64,000 nt of DNA, taken from contig JAAEQR010000195.1 in assembly GCA_024231215.1 (NCBI GenBank), forward strand, positions 78,755-142,754. Reading direction: 5' to 3'. Of the stretch, positions 30,091 to 39,891 are shown piece after piece. How positions within the stretch are numbered: the first letter of the stretch is position 1; every line of letters begins with the position of its first letter. The stretch is from PVC group bacterium (lineage in GTDB: Bacteria > Omnitrophota > Gorgyraeia > B26-G9). The notes beneath the pieces were generated by a model. It searched no databases. It saw only the letters and a program-made list of their open reading frames with translations, and was not told the DNA's origin. The translations under genes were made by a program, and so were the position numbers.

Positions 30091-30168
30091 TTGTAGCCGG
30101 AGGCATAACTAATAATTGACTTTTTAATGTAAGTGTTGTATTTTAAAAGTTATAAGGGGGGTGATGGA

Positions 30169-30483
30169 ATGAATGGAAAGATAGTGTTACTGATTTTAGG
30201 AGTGTTTGCCGTAATGCTGGTTTCTTGCGTAGTATCTTTTGCTGCGGTTTCTGATGCAAATAATGTGAAAGAAGTGTATGAAGGGGCAACGGTTGAATGC
30301 GCTACTTGTCATGTTCCTGGTAATTTTAAAGAATTAAATAGTTATGGAGAGGAATATAACGATGCCGGCAGGAATACTACTGCCGTGGAAATATCCGGGG
30401 ATACCGATAGTGATGGTGATGATGTTAGCAACGCAGATGAAATAATGGCAGGGACTAATCCTGGAGATGCAGAGAGTAAATAA
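30169..30483 (+). CDS. small exported protein with a CxxCH motif and a TSP3-like Asp-rich tail
   Basis: Start MNGKIVLLILGVFAVMLVSCVVSFA with RBS AAGGGGGG. ECATCH motif. C-terminal GDTDSDGDDVSNADE. Confidence 0.45.
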   Translation: MNGKIVLLILGVFAVMLVSCVVSFAAVSDANNVKEVYEGATVECATCHVPGNFKELNSYGEEYNDAGRNTTAVEISGDTDSDGDDVSNADEIMAGTNPGDAESK

Positions 30484-30502
30484 TATAGATGAATTAGATT
30501 GA

Positions 30503-30538
30503 CGGCTGGGATGGTTAAACATCCTAGCCGTTTTTTTG
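30503..30538 (+). terminator. Rho-independent terminator
   Basis: CGGCTGGGATG-gttaaa-CATCCTAGCCG followed by TTTTTTT. Confidence 0.7.
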
Positions 30539-30610
30539 TAGGAAAAGATGCAATATAGTTTAAAAATTTTTAATAAAAAAGAAAGCTTTGCCGGTTGAAA
30601 GATAGTGTTT

Positions 30611-31300
30611 ATGTCTAAAAAAAATTCTATAAGAATTATTTATGAAGATGAATATTTGTTGGTGGTGGATAAATCAGCTGGATTGTTGGTGGTTCCGGCG
30701 GATAATGAAAAAGGAAATGATTTAACAGCTTTATTGAATGCTCAGTATAGTCAAAATGAGAAAAATATGAGAATTTATCCGTGTCATCGTTTGGATAAGG
30801 AAACTTCAGGTTTAATAATATTTGCTAAGAGTAAGAGAGTACAGCAGGCAATAATGGATGAATTTCGGAATCGGGAAGTGCGCAAGCATTATATCGCGTT
30901 TATTCAAGGCAAGTTAAAACAGAGAAGCGGGGTGTTGAAAAGTTATATTCAAGCAGTTTGGCCTTATATGAAAAAAGGTAAGAAGAAATTGGCGATTACG
31001 AATTTTCAGACTCAGACTGTTGGTAAAAATTTCAGTGTGTTAAAACTGCAGCCATTGACGGGGAGAACAAATCAGATCAGGATACAGTTTAGGGATATTG
31101 GCCATCCCTTGGTAGGGGAACGCAGGTTTGCTTTTGCCCGGGATTGGCCTGTTAAATTTCGTCGAACAGCGTTACATGCCGCAGGTCTTGAATTTGCGCA
31201 TCCTATTAATAAATCACGTATTAAGTTGCAGTCTGAATTGCCGGAAGACATGTCAGAGTTTTTAAATAAAAACGGCATTTCATTGCCTGTAAAAAATTAA
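30611..31300 (+). CDS. RluA-family pseudouridine synthase
   Basis: Catalytic HRLDKETSGLIIFAKS motif. No S4 domain. Confidence 0.8.
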   Translation: MSKKNSIRIIYEDEYLLVVDKSAGLLVVPADNEKGNDLTALLNAQYSQNEKNMRIYPCHRLDKETSGLIIFAKSKRVQQAIMDEFRNREVRKHYIAFIQGKLKQRSGVLKSYIQAVWPYMKKGKKKLAITNFQTQTVGKNFSVLKLQPLTGRTNQIRIQFRDIGHPLVGERRFAFARDWPVKFRRTALHAAGLEFAHPINKSRIKLQSELPEDMSEFLNKNGISLPVKN

Positions 31301-31349
31301 TATGTTAAAATAATATATAAATTACATTTTCAAATAAAGGACAGGTGAT

Positions 31350-32177
31350 ATGGAGTATTTTTTATTAGCATTATTTCAAGGAGTGACTGAATTTGTCCCG
31401 GTATCCAGTTCCGGGCATTTAGTTTTTTTTCAGCGGATTTTTGGATTTGAAGAGCCGATGCTGGCCTTTGATATTATTTTGCATCTGGCGACTACATTAG
31501 CGGTTATCGTTTTTTTATACAAAGATCTTTGTGTAATGTTGAAAGAGGTTTTTTTAGCCTTAAAAAGTTGTATTAAAGGAAAGGCACTTCGTGAGGTTTG
31601 GAGGGAATTTACTTATTTAAGAATATGTGTATTCATGGCCGCAGCTTTAATACCGGCGATAATTATTGGAGTGGCTTTGAAAGATATAATTGAAAATTTA
31701 TTTGGCTCAATGAGGTTTGTCGGAATTGCGTTTATTATTACAGGTTGTGTATTGTTTATTACAAAACGGCTTTCCTCTAATAATAGAGAAATGAAAAATA
31801 TGAATATAAAAGATGCGTTAATTATTGGCATAGCCCAGGCTGCGGCAATAATGCCTGGTATTTCGCGTTCCGGGATGACGATTGCCTCGGGCATATTTCG
31901 CGGGCTGGATAAAAATGTAGCCGCACGATTTTCTTTCATGCTTTCTATCCCGACGATATTAGCGGCATCAGTATATCAGTTGAAAGACGGGCTAGGTGAG
32001 TTGGGGGTAAGTATGCCGGTAATGACGGGGTCTTTTTTAATTGCGTTTATTAGCGGATATATTGCTCTTGTGGTTTTATCAAAAATGATTTCTAAAGCAA
32101 AATTTCATTATTTTTCTTATTACTGCTGGACGATGGGAATAATAACTATCATTTTATCTATTGTTAAATATAACTAA
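31350..32177 (+). CDS. uppP: undecaprenyl-diphosphatase
   Basis: BacA/UppP signature FQGVTEFVPVSSSGHL. Polytopic. Confidence 0.88.
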   Translation: MEYFLLALFQGVTEFVPVSSSGHLVFFQRIFGFEEPMLAFDIILHLATTLAVIVFLYKDLCVMLKEVFLALKSCIKGKALREVWREFTYLRICVFMAAALIPAIIIGVALKDIIENLFGSMRFVGIAFIITGCVLFITKRLSSNNREMKNMNIKDALIIGIAQAAAIMPGISRSGMTIASGIFRGLDKNVAARFSFMLSIPTILAASVYQLKDGLGELGVSMPVMTGSFLIAFISGYIALVVLSKMISKAKFHYFSYYCWTMGIITIILSIVKYN

Positions 32178-32196
32178 TTTATGAGATGGGGTGTAT

Positions 32197-33444
32197 ATGA
32201 AGGGTTCAGATTGTTTGGTTTTAATTCTCGGTGGAGGCAGGGGATCACGGCTTTATCCGTTAACATTAGAGAGAAGTAAACCAGCGATTGGTTTTGCCGG
32301 CAAGTATCGTATTATTGATATTCCGATTTCCAATTCAATTAATTCCGGGTTTAACAAAATTTTTATTTTGACTCAGTTTCTTGCGGCAAGCCTGCATGCG
32401 CATATCTTACATACTTATCGCTTTGATAATTTTTCTAAAGGATTTATAGAGATTCTTTCGGCGGAACAAAGTCATAAGAGTTTTGAATGGTTCCAGGGCA
32501 CAGCAGATGCTGTGCGTCGTGTAATTCGGCATATTCGTAATTTGCCGCAGAAATATATTTTGATTCTTTCCGGAGACCATTTGTATAAAATGGATTATAG
32601 ACAGCTTATGAATTCGCATGTCAAGAATAATGCCGAGCTGAGCATAGCTTCTATTTTTGTCGATGAACGAGAAGCAACACGCATGGGGATTATAGATTGC
32701 AATTCTTCAGGACAAATCACCAGCCTCATTGAAAAGCCTAAAAATCCAAAAAGATTAAAAATAAAATCCAGGCTTAAATCCCAGGAAGGGGATCAATATC
32801 TTGCGTCGATGGGTGTATATTTATTTAATAAAGATGTGCTTATTGATATTCTTTCAGGTACAACCGTAGAAGATTTTGGTAAGCATATACTTCCGATGAT
32901 GATAAAGAAGAAAAGAAAAGTATACAACTATAATTTTAAAGGATATTGGCGTGATATTGGGACTGTGGATAGTTATTATGATGCAAGCTTGGACTTAATT
33001 GGTAAAAAGCCGCAATTTGATTTGTTTGATGAAAACTGGCCGCTTTTTTCCCGTCCGCGGTTTTTACCACCAAGCCGTATTGTGGATTCAAATATTATAA
33101 ATGCGTTAATATCTGATGGATGCCGCTTGGATAAGGTGCATATTGAAAATTCACTTATTGGCTTGCGTAGTAAAATAAAAGAAAATACAAGAATAAAAGA
33201 TTCGATTATCATTGGTAACGATTATTATCAGAGATATTTTGGGGATAAACTGGTAAAGCCATATATTGGCAAGGGAGTGCTTATCGAGCGGGCGATTGTG
33301 GATAAAAATGTTTCAATTGGAGATTTCTGCCAGATTACGGATAAAAGCAATAGCCCTGATTGCGATAAAGATATTTATTATGTGCGGGATGGAATTACGA
33401 TAATCAGAAGAGGCGTAACTCTCCCGGCCCATACAATAATATAA
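32197..33444 (+). CDS. glgC: glucose-1-phosphate adenylyltransferase
   Basis: LILGGGRGSRLYPLT nucleotidyltransferase motif. C-terminal left-handed beta-helix region. Start taken at the ATG after RBS GAGATGGGG. Confidence 0.85.
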   Translation: MKGSDCLVLILGGGRGSRLYPLTLERSKPAIGFAGKYRIIDIPISNSINSGFNKIFILTQFLAASLHAHILHTYRFDNFSKGFIEILSAEQSHKSFEWFQGTADAVRRVIRHIRNLPQKYILILSGDHLYKMDYRQLMNSHVKNNAELSIASIFVDEREATRMGIIDCNSSGQITSLIEKPKNPKRLKIKSRLKSQEGDQYLASMGVYLFNKDVLIDILSGTTVEDFGKHILPMMIKKKRKVYNYNFKGYWRDIGTVDSYYDASLDLIGKKPQFDLFDENWPLFSRPRFLPPSRIVDSNIINALISDGCRLDKVHIENSLIGLRSKIKENTRIKDSIIIGNDYYQRYFGDKLVKPYIGKGVLIERAIVDKNVSIGDFCQITDKSNSPDCDKDIYYVRDGITIIRRGVTLPAHTII

Positions 33445-33456
33445 AGGGGGTATCTA

Positions 33457-33681
33457 ATGGCGGTGAAGAAGAATTTAAGGAAAATTAACGCGGGGAAGGT
33501 AAAGATATTTAAAATCGCTAACCGGCGCGGCTATGCAGGTCTTTGCCTGAACAATCTTACCGAAGGCAATACAACTTATCAGGTATATCAGAGAATGGAG
33601 AAGGCGGTAAAAAGAAGAGGATATGAATTGCCTCAGATTACCGCAGATAAATCAAAACGTCTGATTGTCTCGAAAATATAA
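33457..33681 (+). CDS. small basic hypothetical protein
   Basis: 74 aa, Lys/Arg-rich. RBS AAAGGGGG. Confidence 0.4.
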   Translation: MAVKKNLRKINAGKVKIFKIANRRGYAGLCLNNLTEGNTTYQVYQRMEKAVKRRGYELPQITADKSKRLIVSKI

Positions 33682-33899
33682 TAAATCTGGATTGATTCTA
33701 TCTTTTTAAAAGATGAAACGAAGCAATCTTTTTATTTGCAATGGGTTATGTTCTATTAAATTTTTCTTGTCAATTAACGGGTTATCTGGTAAAATAGCTT
33801 AGCATTTAAAGAGATGTCAATCTTAGAAGTCCTGCCTTATTTAACTATCATAAAATTAAGATGTTATGAATATTATAATTACGAGAGGTAAATGATAAT

Positions 33900-34556
33900 A
33901 TGTATAAGCAAACACGCGCTTTGAATAAAATAGATGATAAGATGGCCTTGGCCGAAGAGGGAAGCTTGAGGTACTCCATTCTTGAATGTGTGAAAAGTTT
34001 TAAAAGCTCCTGGATTGAGTTGGGGCAGTATTTGATGACTGTGCACAGAGACAAGACATATAAGGAATGGGATTACATGACTTTTGAAGCTTATTGCACA
34101 AAAGAGATTGGGATTAGGAAGCAGACAGCGATGAAACTTTTGCGATCCTATTATTTCTTAGAACAGGAAGAGCCGGAATATTTAAATAAGGAAAGTTTGA
34201 CGGCAAAAGACCCTCAGAATATTCCTTCTTATGAATCGGTGAATGTTTTGCGTCAGGCAAAAAATAATAAAGAGCTGGGAATTGCAGACTATAGAGAAAT
34301 TAAAAGAAAAGTTTTAGAAGAAGGTAATCCGGAAAGAGAAGTAAAAGATGTTTATCGTCAGATGGTAAGATCGATCCAGGAAGAAGTTGATGATCCAGAG
34401 ACCGCCAGAAAAAAAAGACGTATGATGCATGTGCAGCGTATGCTGGGGTCTTTGAATTCCATAAAAAGAGAAGCGGAAATGAATAAGTTCTTGTCCGGGC
34501 CAGTACTTAAAGAGTTAGAAAAGATTATAGAGAAGATAAAAGTAGAAGTTTCCTAA
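33900..34556 (+). CDS. hypothetical protein
   Basis: 218 aa, charged and helical. Preceded by a TTGTCA-17-TAAAAT promoter at about 33768-33796. Confidence 0.5.
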   Translation: MYKQTRALNKIDDKMALAEEGSLRYSILECVKSFKSSWIELGQYLMTVHRDKTYKEWDYMTFEAYCTKEIGIRKQTAMKLLRSYYFLEQEEPEYLNKESLTAKDPQNIPSYESVNVLRQAKNNKELGIADYREIKRKVLEEGNPEREVKDVYRQMVRSIQEEVDDPETARKKRRMMHVQRMLGSLNSIKREAEMNKFLSGPVLKELEKIIEKIKVEVS

Positions 34557-34571
34557 TAAATATACGGAGGG

Positions 34572-36209
34572 ATGATGGTTGTTAGAGATTTAGTGTTTGG
34601 TTTGATGGGTGGGTTGGGATTATTTATTTACGGCATTCATCTTATGGGTGAAGGGCTTCAAAACGCGGCAGGTGACCGGTTGCGACGCTGCTTAAAAGTG
34701 CTTACAAAAAATACCCTTGTTGGGACCACCGTCGGAGCTTTCATTACGGCGCTCATTCAAAGTTCATCGGCAACGACGGTTATGGTGATCGGTTTTGTAA
34801 ACGCCGGATTAATGGCTTTACGTCAGGCAATTTGTATTATATTAGGTGCACATATCGGAACTACAATTACAGCACAGATTATTGCCTTTAAATTAACAGA
34901 GTATGCATTGCCTGCTATAGCGATTGGAGCATGTTTATATTTGTTTGTAAATAAGCGGTTCTGGCGTTACTTTGGATTGTTTGTACTCGGAATTGGTGTT
35001 TTGTTTTTAGGATTGAATATAATGACCTCCGGAATAAAGCCTTTAGCTGGTGATCCGATGATCAAAGAAATATTTGTTAACTTTAGCAAAAATCCAGTTT
35101 TAGGAGTACTAACAGGGGCAATGTTAACAGCATTGTTTCAAAGTTCAAGTGTAACAACCGGTATGGTGATTGGTTTCGCGTGCATTGGACTCTTTGATTT
35201 AAAAGGAGCAATCCCGTTGGTTTTTGGCTGTAATATCGGCACATGTATTACGGCACTTTTGGCTTCTATCGGAGCGACTATTTCGGCTAAAAGAGCAGCT
35301 TTTGCACATATTTTAATTCAAATTATTGGTACAATTGTTTTTTTACCAACACTCCCTTTTTATTATAAACTAATTGCTTATACATCAAATGATCTTGCTC
35401 GTCAGATAGCAAATGCGCATACCATTTTTAATATACTGACTACTTTACTTTTTCTTCCCTTTGTTGGCATATTTACCCAGTTTGTTATAAAGATGTTTCC
35501 AGGCAAAGATGTTATTATCGATACTCGGCCTAAATTCCTAGAAAAACATCTGTTAAATACTTCGCATGCAGCACTTGATGCTTCTATAAAAGAAATTGTT
35601 CGGATGCTTGAACTTGCACAAAGCATGGTTGTTGATGCAATGAAGGGATTTGTAAAACAGGATCAGCGGGCACTTGAGCTTATTCCTAAAAAAGAAGTAG
35701 CCGTAGATAATCTTCAGGAGGCTATAACTGGTTATCTTATGGAATTAATGCAAAGAGAGATATCTCCTGAAATTGCAAGTAAAATACCATCTCTTTTGCA
35801 TACGGTTAATGATATTGAGAGAGTTGGAGATCACTCGGAAAATCTTATGGAACTTGCGGAGAGAAAGATTACTTCTTCTTTTCCTTTTTCCGAGGCAGCA
35901 ATGAAGGAGCTTCAAGAGATGTTTTCGCTTGTTGACAGAATGTCCGAAGGTGTAAGGACAGCTCTTGACTCCAATAGCATAAATGACGCAAAAGTGGTAT
36001 TGGATTTGGAAAAGCAGGTGGATAAGCTTACTCAGCAGTTGCGGGAAAATCATATAAATCGATTATCTAGCGGGAACTGTAAGGTTCTTTCCGGGATTAT
36101 CTTCCTGGATACGATTAGTAATTTTGAAAAGATTGCGGATCATCTGACTAATGTGGCGCAGGCTGTTATCGGTAAGTTACAATGGCAGAATGAACTTCCT
36201 GGGGCGTAA
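34572..36209 (+). CDS. Na/Pi cotransporter family protein with C-terminal PhoU-like domains
   Basis: 545 aa. Duplicated QSSSATT/QSSSVTT motifs in the membrane part. C-terminal PhoU-like helical repeats. Confidence 0.8.
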   Translation: MMVVRDLVFGLMGGLGLFIYGIHLMGEGLQNAAGDRLRRCLKVLTKNTLVGTTVGAFITALIQSSSATTVMVIGFVNAGLMALRQAICIILGAHIGTTITAQIIAFKLTEYALPAIAIGACLYLFVNKRFWRYFGLFVLGIGVLFLGLNIMTSGIKPLAGDPMIKEIFVNFSKNPVLGVLTGAMLTALFQSSSVTTGMVIGFACIGLFDLKGAIPLVFGCNIGTCITALLASIGATISAKRAAFAHILIQIIGTIVFLPTLPFYYKLIAYTSNDLARQIANAHTIFNILTTLLFLPFVGIFTQFVIKMFPGKDVIIDTRPKFLEKHLLNTSHAALDASIKEIVRMLELAQSMVVDAMKGFVKQDQRALELIPKKEVAVDNLQEAITGYLMELMQREISPEIASKIPSLLHTVNDIERVGDHSENLMELAERKITSSFPFSEAAMKELQEMFSLVDRMSEGVRTALDSNSINDAKVVLDLEKQVDKLTQQLRENHINRLSSGNCKVLSGIIFLDTISNFEKIADHLTNVAQAVIGKLQWQNELPGA

Positions 36210-36313
36210 TTTCCAGGTTGAAAATTACTTTGACATTATTTAGATAATGGGTTATTATCGGGTATAGAGAGAAATAATTCGTATCTTTATTGTTTTTATT
36301 GGGTTAGGATAAT

Positions 36314-37705
36314 ATGAGTGATCAAAATAATAAAACACCACCAAACATAGCTAGGCTTTTTATTCCGGAGATAAAAACACTTCTGGAGGCTAAAAAGTTT
36401 TCCGGGGTGAAAACAATTCTTTCGGAAATCCCGTCTATTGATATCGCGGAACGCTGGCATGAATTTTCCGAAAAGGAAAAACAATTGATTTTTAAGATGC
36501 TGGCGGCGGATCTTGCGGTCGAAGTGTTTGAATTTCTGGAGTTTGAAGAGCAGTCTTTCCTTTTAAATAATCTAGATAATCAAGAAGTATCAAATGTCTT
36601 GAATGAGATGTCTACGGATGACCGCGCCGATCTTTTTAAAGATTTGCCTCCGGAAGTAATTAAGAAATTTTTCCGATTGATGAAAAAGGAAGAGGTTGAA
36701 GATGTTCGTGAATTGATGACTTATGAGGAAGGTACCGCCGGCGCGATCATGAACACTGATTTTGCCGAATTGAAAAGAGAAATGAGCGCACGCGCGGCAA
36801 TATTAAAACTTCAGGACAGTTTGAGTTTTGATCATGACTTAGATATTACTTCCAATTTTGTTACCGATGCCGATGGTAAATTGCTGGGAGTTGTGCAGCT
36901 GCCGGATCTGATGAAATCTCCGCCGGATATGCTTATTAAAAATATCATGGAGAATGTAGAGTTTATAAAAGTTGATGAGTATACTCCGGAAGAAGATGCA
37001 GCCCAGATTTTTAAGCGCTACGATTTAAATATTGCTCCGGTAATTAATAAGAGCAATGAATTAGTCGGGATTATAACTGTTGATGATATCGTTGATGTTA
37101 TGGAGCAGGAGGCAACCGAAGATTTTGAAAAAATTGCTGCGGTTCTTCCGGTAGAAGAGCCTTATATGGAGGCTGATTTTTTTAAGCTTGTATGGAAAAG
37201 GAGTTTTTGGCTGGTTCTTTTGGTTGTATTCGAGTCGATGTCTGCTTGTATTTTGAAAATGAATCATCTCGCGATTAATAATATGCTTGCTTTGACATTT
37301 TTTGTGCCTGTATTGATCGCGATGGGTGGTAATGCCGGCACACAATCAGCGACGATTATTATCCGAAGTTTAGCGGTTGGGGATATAGGAGTTAAAGATT
37401 TTCTTAAAGTTGTTTTCAGGGAATCTCTTCTAGGTGTATGTATGGGGTTGATCCTTGCGGTTGTCGGATCTGTAATCGTGTCGCTGATGGAAAATAACTG
37501 GCATTTGAGTTTAGCGGTAGGTATTTCTATGGGCGTGACGGTGATTTTAGCAGCGACCTTAGGAGCAGGCCTGCCGATAATTTTTCGTAAATTTAAATTG
37601 GATCCAGCGCTTATGAGCGGACCTTTAATTGCTACGATTGTTGATATTGTGGGATTAATTATATATTTTAAGGTCGCGCAGTTAATCCTGCCTATACTGC
37701 CATAA
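36314..37705 (+). CDS. mgtE: magnesium transporter MgtE
   Basis: 463 aa. N-domain, tandem CBS, and a 5-TM MgtE core. TTGACA-17-TATTAT promoter upstream. Confidence 0.85.
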   Translation: MSDQNNKTPPNIARLFIPEIKTLLEAKKFSGVKTILSEIPSIDIAERWHEFSEKEKQLIFKMLAADLAVEVFEFLEFEEQSFLLNNLDNQEVSNVLNEMSTDDRADLFKDLPPEVIKKFFRLMKKEEVEDVRELMTYEEGTAGAIMNTDFAELKREMSARAAILKLQDSLSFDHDLDITSNFVTDADGKLLGVVQLPDLMKSPPDMLIKNIMENVEFIKVDEYTPEEDAAQIFKRYDLNIAPVINKSNELVGIITVDDIVDVMEQEATEDFEKIAAVLPVEEPYMEADFFKLVWKRSFWLVLLVVFESMSACILKMNHLAINNMLALTFFVPVLIAMGGNAGTQSATIIIRSLAVGDIGVKDFLKVVFRESLLGVCMGLILAVVGSVIVSLMENNWHLSLAVGISMGVTVILAATLGAGLPIIFRKFKLDPALMSGPLIATIVDIVGLIIYFKVAQLILPILP

Positions 37706-37709
37706 TCTT

Positions 37710-38423
37710 ATGAAATTATACGGAAAAAACCCAGTTATTGAACGGATTAAAGCAAATTCAAAAAGTATAGAAAAAATATATTTTAATTTAAATAATAACG
37801 TAGAAGATATCTGCGAGTTAGCCCGATCTAAGCATATTCGGTGTGAGTTTTTAAAGGAGAGAGAATTTCTTAAATTGGCGGGGAAGCATCAAACGCAGGG
37901 GGTTATTGCCGAAATCGAAGAGTTTGCTTATGCGAGCCTGGAAGATTTTTTGGATTTACCAGATAATGAGAAATACACTTTAATCGCTTTAAGTAGTATT
38001 ACTGACCCGCAGAATTTAGGTTCTATCTTAAGAACAACGGCTTGTTTTGGCAAAAACGCACTGATTATTCCCCGGCATAAAGCGGTTTCAGTAAATGAAA
38101 CAGTTTTAAAAGTAGCTTGTGGGGGAGAGAATTATGTGCCGGTGATCCAAGTGACGAATCTTGTCCCGGCTTTGGAAAAAGCAAAAAAGGCTGGTTACTG
38201 GGTAGCGGGTGCTGTTGTTGACGGTGGAGAGGATCTTGCTAAGTTTGAATTTACTCCTCCGGTATGTTTAGTGATTGGTTCTGAAGGTGAAGGGATTCGT
38301 AAAGGCGTAGTTGAAAAACTTGATTTTAAGTTGTCATTACCAATGCCTGGAGCAAATCTTTCGTTGAATGCCGGGGTGGCTTGTGCCATCTTTTGTTATG
38401 AAATTGTCCGGCAGCGCAAATAG
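37710..38423 (+). CDS. SpoU/TrmH-family RNA 2'-O-methyltransferase (RlmB-like)
   Basis: 237 aa. N-terminal L30e-like substrate domain and C-terminal SPOUT knot motifs (LVIGSEGEGI, NLSLNAGVAC). Confidence 0.75.
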   Translation: MKLYGKNPVIERIKANSKSIEKIYFNLNNNVEDICELARSKHIRCEFLKEREFLKLAGKHQTQGVIAEIEEFAYASLEDFLDLPDNEKYTLIALSSITDPQNLGSILRTTACFGKNALIIPRHKAVSVNETVLKVACGGENYVPVIQVTNLVPALEKAKKAGYWVAGAVVDGGEDLAKFEFTPPVCLVIGSEGEGIRKGVVEKLDFKLSLPMPGANLSLNAGVACAIFCYEIVRQRK

Positions 38424-38484
38424 GGGTAATATATACTGATGACCAGGTATGTATCGAAAAATAGCAAGAAAAAGCAGATAGCCC

Positions 38485-38862
38485 ATGCAGTTTAAAAACA
38501 GTTTTGTTATTGAGCTTTTGATTGTACTGATGCTTTTACCGGGGGTGGGGTATGCTAATAGTCAGGAAAATGGACAAATCCCCAAACGTACATATATTTC
38601 ACTGCCTTGGGCAACGACAGTCAATCAACCGAAAAAAAAGAAAGAGGGCTATCCGGATAAAAGAAAGATATCTCCTGAGACGGTGCGTTTAACGGTAAAT
38701 GAATATTATGTACCGCATATCTCAGAGCTCTTAAATAAGGGGGTTGATTACTTTGAATGGCTAAATAAGCTTGATGATCCCTACTTGAACAGATATAAGA
38801 TTGATATTAGGGTTGATCCGGCTGATGAGCGTTTTAAGTTGTTTTGGAAGAGGCAGTTCTAG
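38485..38862 (+). CDS. exported hypothetical protein
   Basis: 125 aa with a signal peptide. Confidence 0.45.
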   Translation: MQFKNSFVIELLIVLMLLPGVGYANSQENGQIPKRTYISLPWATTVNQPKKKKEGYPDKRKISPETVRLTVNEYYVPHISELLNKGVDYFEWLNKLDDPYLNRYKIDIRVDPADERFKLFWKRQF

Positions 38863-38972
38863 AGTTACTGTCTTATAATTTCTTGACGATATTTTTAAAT
38901 AATGATATACTTAATCAAGACTTAATTGTATCCCTGAGGGGGGGCATTATTTGTTCATTAAAGGAGGTAAAA

Positions 38973-39350
38973 ATGTTGCGAAGATATTTGATCTGTGGGA
39001 TTGCCTGTTTACTTATGATTGTTTGTTGTTATAATACGGGTATTATTTTTGCGCAACAAGAAGCAGAAAATAAAATCACTAAATCATCGATAACTTCTAT
39101 TCCCCATAAACAAAAGATTTATGGGATAGTTGGGGAAGTGGAATATGTTGATTTCAAGAAAAAGGGTAAGTCTGTTGTTTCTGTCAAGAATAAGAAAGGC
39201 GAAACCGCGGAAGTTTTTTTGAAAGATTTGCAGGATGGAGCGACTGTTTTAGTTACATATCGTAAAGTTAAAGACAGTAAAGGTAATGAGCAAAATACTC
39301 TTATTTCGATGAGTGTTATTAAGGGTATTGACGATAAACAGAAAGAATAG
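38973..39350 (+). CDS. exported hypothetical protein
   Basis: Start at MLRRYLICGIACLL after RBS AAGGAGG. 125 aa. Confidence 0.5.
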   Translation: MLRRYLICGIACLLMIVCCYNTGIIFAQQEAENKITKSSITSIPHKQKIYGIVGEVEYVDFKKKGKSVVSVKNKKGETAEVFLKDLQDGATVLVTYRKVKDSKGNEQNTLISMSVIKGIDDKQKE

Positions 39351-39375
39351 GTATTATACTATTTAATTAATGATT

Positions 39376-39424
39376 TTTAAAAGTGTAGAGATGGATCAGG
39401 TTAAAATATCTCTACACTTTTAAT
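39376..39424. terminator. bidirectional-looking intrinsic terminator
   Basis: AGTGTAGAGAT-loop-ATCTCTACACT, flanked by an A-run and a T-run. Confidence 0.6.
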
Positions 39425-39461
39425 CTATTATGTTCTTTGGAAAAATAGAATGCAGTTTGTC

Positions 39462-39539
39462 CGGGGCGTGGCTCAGCTTGGCTAGAGCGCCTGGTTTGGG
39501 ACCAGGAAGTCACAGGTTCAAATCCTGTCGCCCCGACCA
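39462..39539 (+). tRNA. tRNA-Pro (TGG)
   Basis: Cloverleaf read by eye. Acceptor CGGGGCG/CGCCCCG. Anticodon loop tTTGGGa. Encoded CCA. Confidence 0.85.
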
Positions 39540-39596
39540 TTTAGTTTATAGTCAATATTAATAGAAACATTTTACTAGTGACTATAAACTAATCAT

Positions 39597-39673
<77 letters not shown>

Positions 39674-39749
39674 TCTATGAAGTTACAAGTTACAGATTAT
39701 GAGTGACAAGTTGTAATTTGTCATTTGTAATTCGTAACTATTTTAATAT

Positions 39750-39827
39750 GGTGGGTGTAGCTCAGTTGGTTAGAGCACATGATTGTGGTTCATGATGTCG
39801 TGGGTTCGAATCCCATCATCCACCCCA
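39750..39827 (+). tRNA. tRNA-His (GTG) with G-1
   Basis: Extra 5' G. Anticodon loop tTGTGGt. Discriminator C. Encoded CCA. Confidence 0.85.
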
Positions 39828-39891
39828 AAAAATTTACACAATTCCCTTATTAGATAAAGGGTTTAAACACAAAAGAAAGACAGGAAATTAT

